A stretch of DNA of 38,690 nt from an uncultured archaeon (GTDB lineage Archaea > Asgardarchaeota > Hermodarchaeia > Hermodarchaeales > Hermodarchaeaceae), in contig CAYFXC010000003.1 of NCBI GenBank assembly GCA_964347045.1, forward strand, positions 1 to 38,690. The letters are read 5' to 3'. The notes beneath the pieces are model-generated. The model was not told the DNA's origin, searched no databases, and saw nothing but the letters and a program-made list of their open reading frames with translations. Positions 37,901-38,690 of the stretch are shown piece after piece. Within the stretch, counting starts at the first letter, position 1. Every line of letters begins with the position of its first letter. Made by a program: the position numbers and the translations under genes.

Positions 37901-38690
37901 TCCTCATTTTAACGTTTAATTACACCGGAATGTGGGACCAAATAATCGACAATGCATCCGGGCAAATCAGCTTTCAAGTGGGCTACCTTCCCATAAATTA
38001 CATCGGGAATGGCCTATATCAGGTCGTGGTAGATTCCAGTACCATACCTATCGGGTCCTATTCAGCAGCTGTGGGCTTTGGTGGACAGAACTTTGATGTT
38101 GCGATTCTTAGTTTCACCATTGAGGTTCGTTTAATTCCCACAGAAATTCTTCTCCTCCACCCCCTCCTTAACACGACGTACCTTGAACTCAATATCGGTG
38201 ACCTATTTCGCATTCAAGTCTTCTTTAACGACACGGTCCACAATATCCCAGTCTCTGGCGCGTCATTTTATCTACAAATTTTCCAAATTACTCCTCAGTC
38301 ATTATTAATGCAAGAAATCGAGCCCGGTGTTTACGAAGCAATTGGTCTCACCATTCTCTTTGAAGGCGTTTACGATCTCCAGATTACCGGTATTTTGGAT
38401 GACCACGAAACCGGCGAATTCACACTTCAACTGGTGGTTCAGACACCGGAATTTACTCGAAATATCGTAACATGGAGTCTTATTGCTGCTATAATTGGCA
38501 TAATAATCCTCATCTCATGGGTTGCCTATACCCGGGTGTTTGCATTTCCCTGGCTGGTCCGCAAGATGCGTAAAATGTCGACTACCATCGGAAAGGGTAA
38601 GACGCCTAAATTATCAGGACGCGATCAGCGAGCCGCCCCAGGGTTTCGTTCCGCCGGAGCTGATCGACGAGCGCGCGGTGGATCTGGCAG
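34924..38690 (+). pseudogene. giant secreted, membrane-anchored Ig-like repeat glycoprotein; one frame interrupted by a single TAA at 36421-36423 and open to the window end
   Basis: Signal peptide (MRKSHLALGLFLLFFLL...); WWNTSYDFRRKVTI N-domain; manual translation shows no further stop from 36424 to 38690; many N-x-S/T sequons; TM helix at about 38464-38529; pseudogene versus sequencing error is unresolved. Confidence 0.7.

Noticed and set aside
1-38690. CRISPR array, tRNA, rRNA, IS element or provirus
   Set aside because: No regularly spaced repeats, cloverleaf or rRNA signatures, transposase/integrase motifs or terminal inverted repeats were found by eye.

Overview
About 38.7 kb of gene-dense archaeal chromosome, roughly 42-44% GC by eye, and very probably from an Asgard archaeon. 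The assignment is inferred from a Rab-like small GTPase, three gelsolin-like paralogues, a V4R/Bet3-like protein, an archaeal GGPP synthase, a COG1340 coiled-coil protein, DUF35 scaffolds, BRE/TATA promoters and a giant Ig-repeat membrane protein. No rRNA, tRNA, CRISPR array, integrase or transposase was recognised. The left third holds eukaryote-signature genes mixed with housekeeping and isoprenoid genes (speB, idsA, class II HMG-CoA reductase). The middle carries a LarA-family (nickel-pincer) epimerase with an FGGY kinase, a sirtuin, a radical SAM protein and an aminopeptidase. The right half has an acyl-CoA catabolic cluster: an Ltp3/Ltp4-type non-thiolytic thiolase pair with two DUF35 proteins, a true thiolase, two crotonases and an acyl-CoA ligase. 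It also has MBL/beta-CASP/PHP hydrolases. The most notable observations are: (1) a locus of three divergent 'gelsolin domain + linker + unknown C-domain' genes; (2) a >1250-codon surface-protein frame split by a single in-frame TAA, whose downstream ~755 codons are missing from the ORF track; (3) a probable ~200-nt structured leader RNA in front of a beta-CASP ribonuclease; (4) a steroid-aldolase-like four-gene module; (5) a 70-nt, 70%-GC terminal segment that looks like a chimeric assembly junction. All family assignments come from motif recognition by eye; no database search was run.
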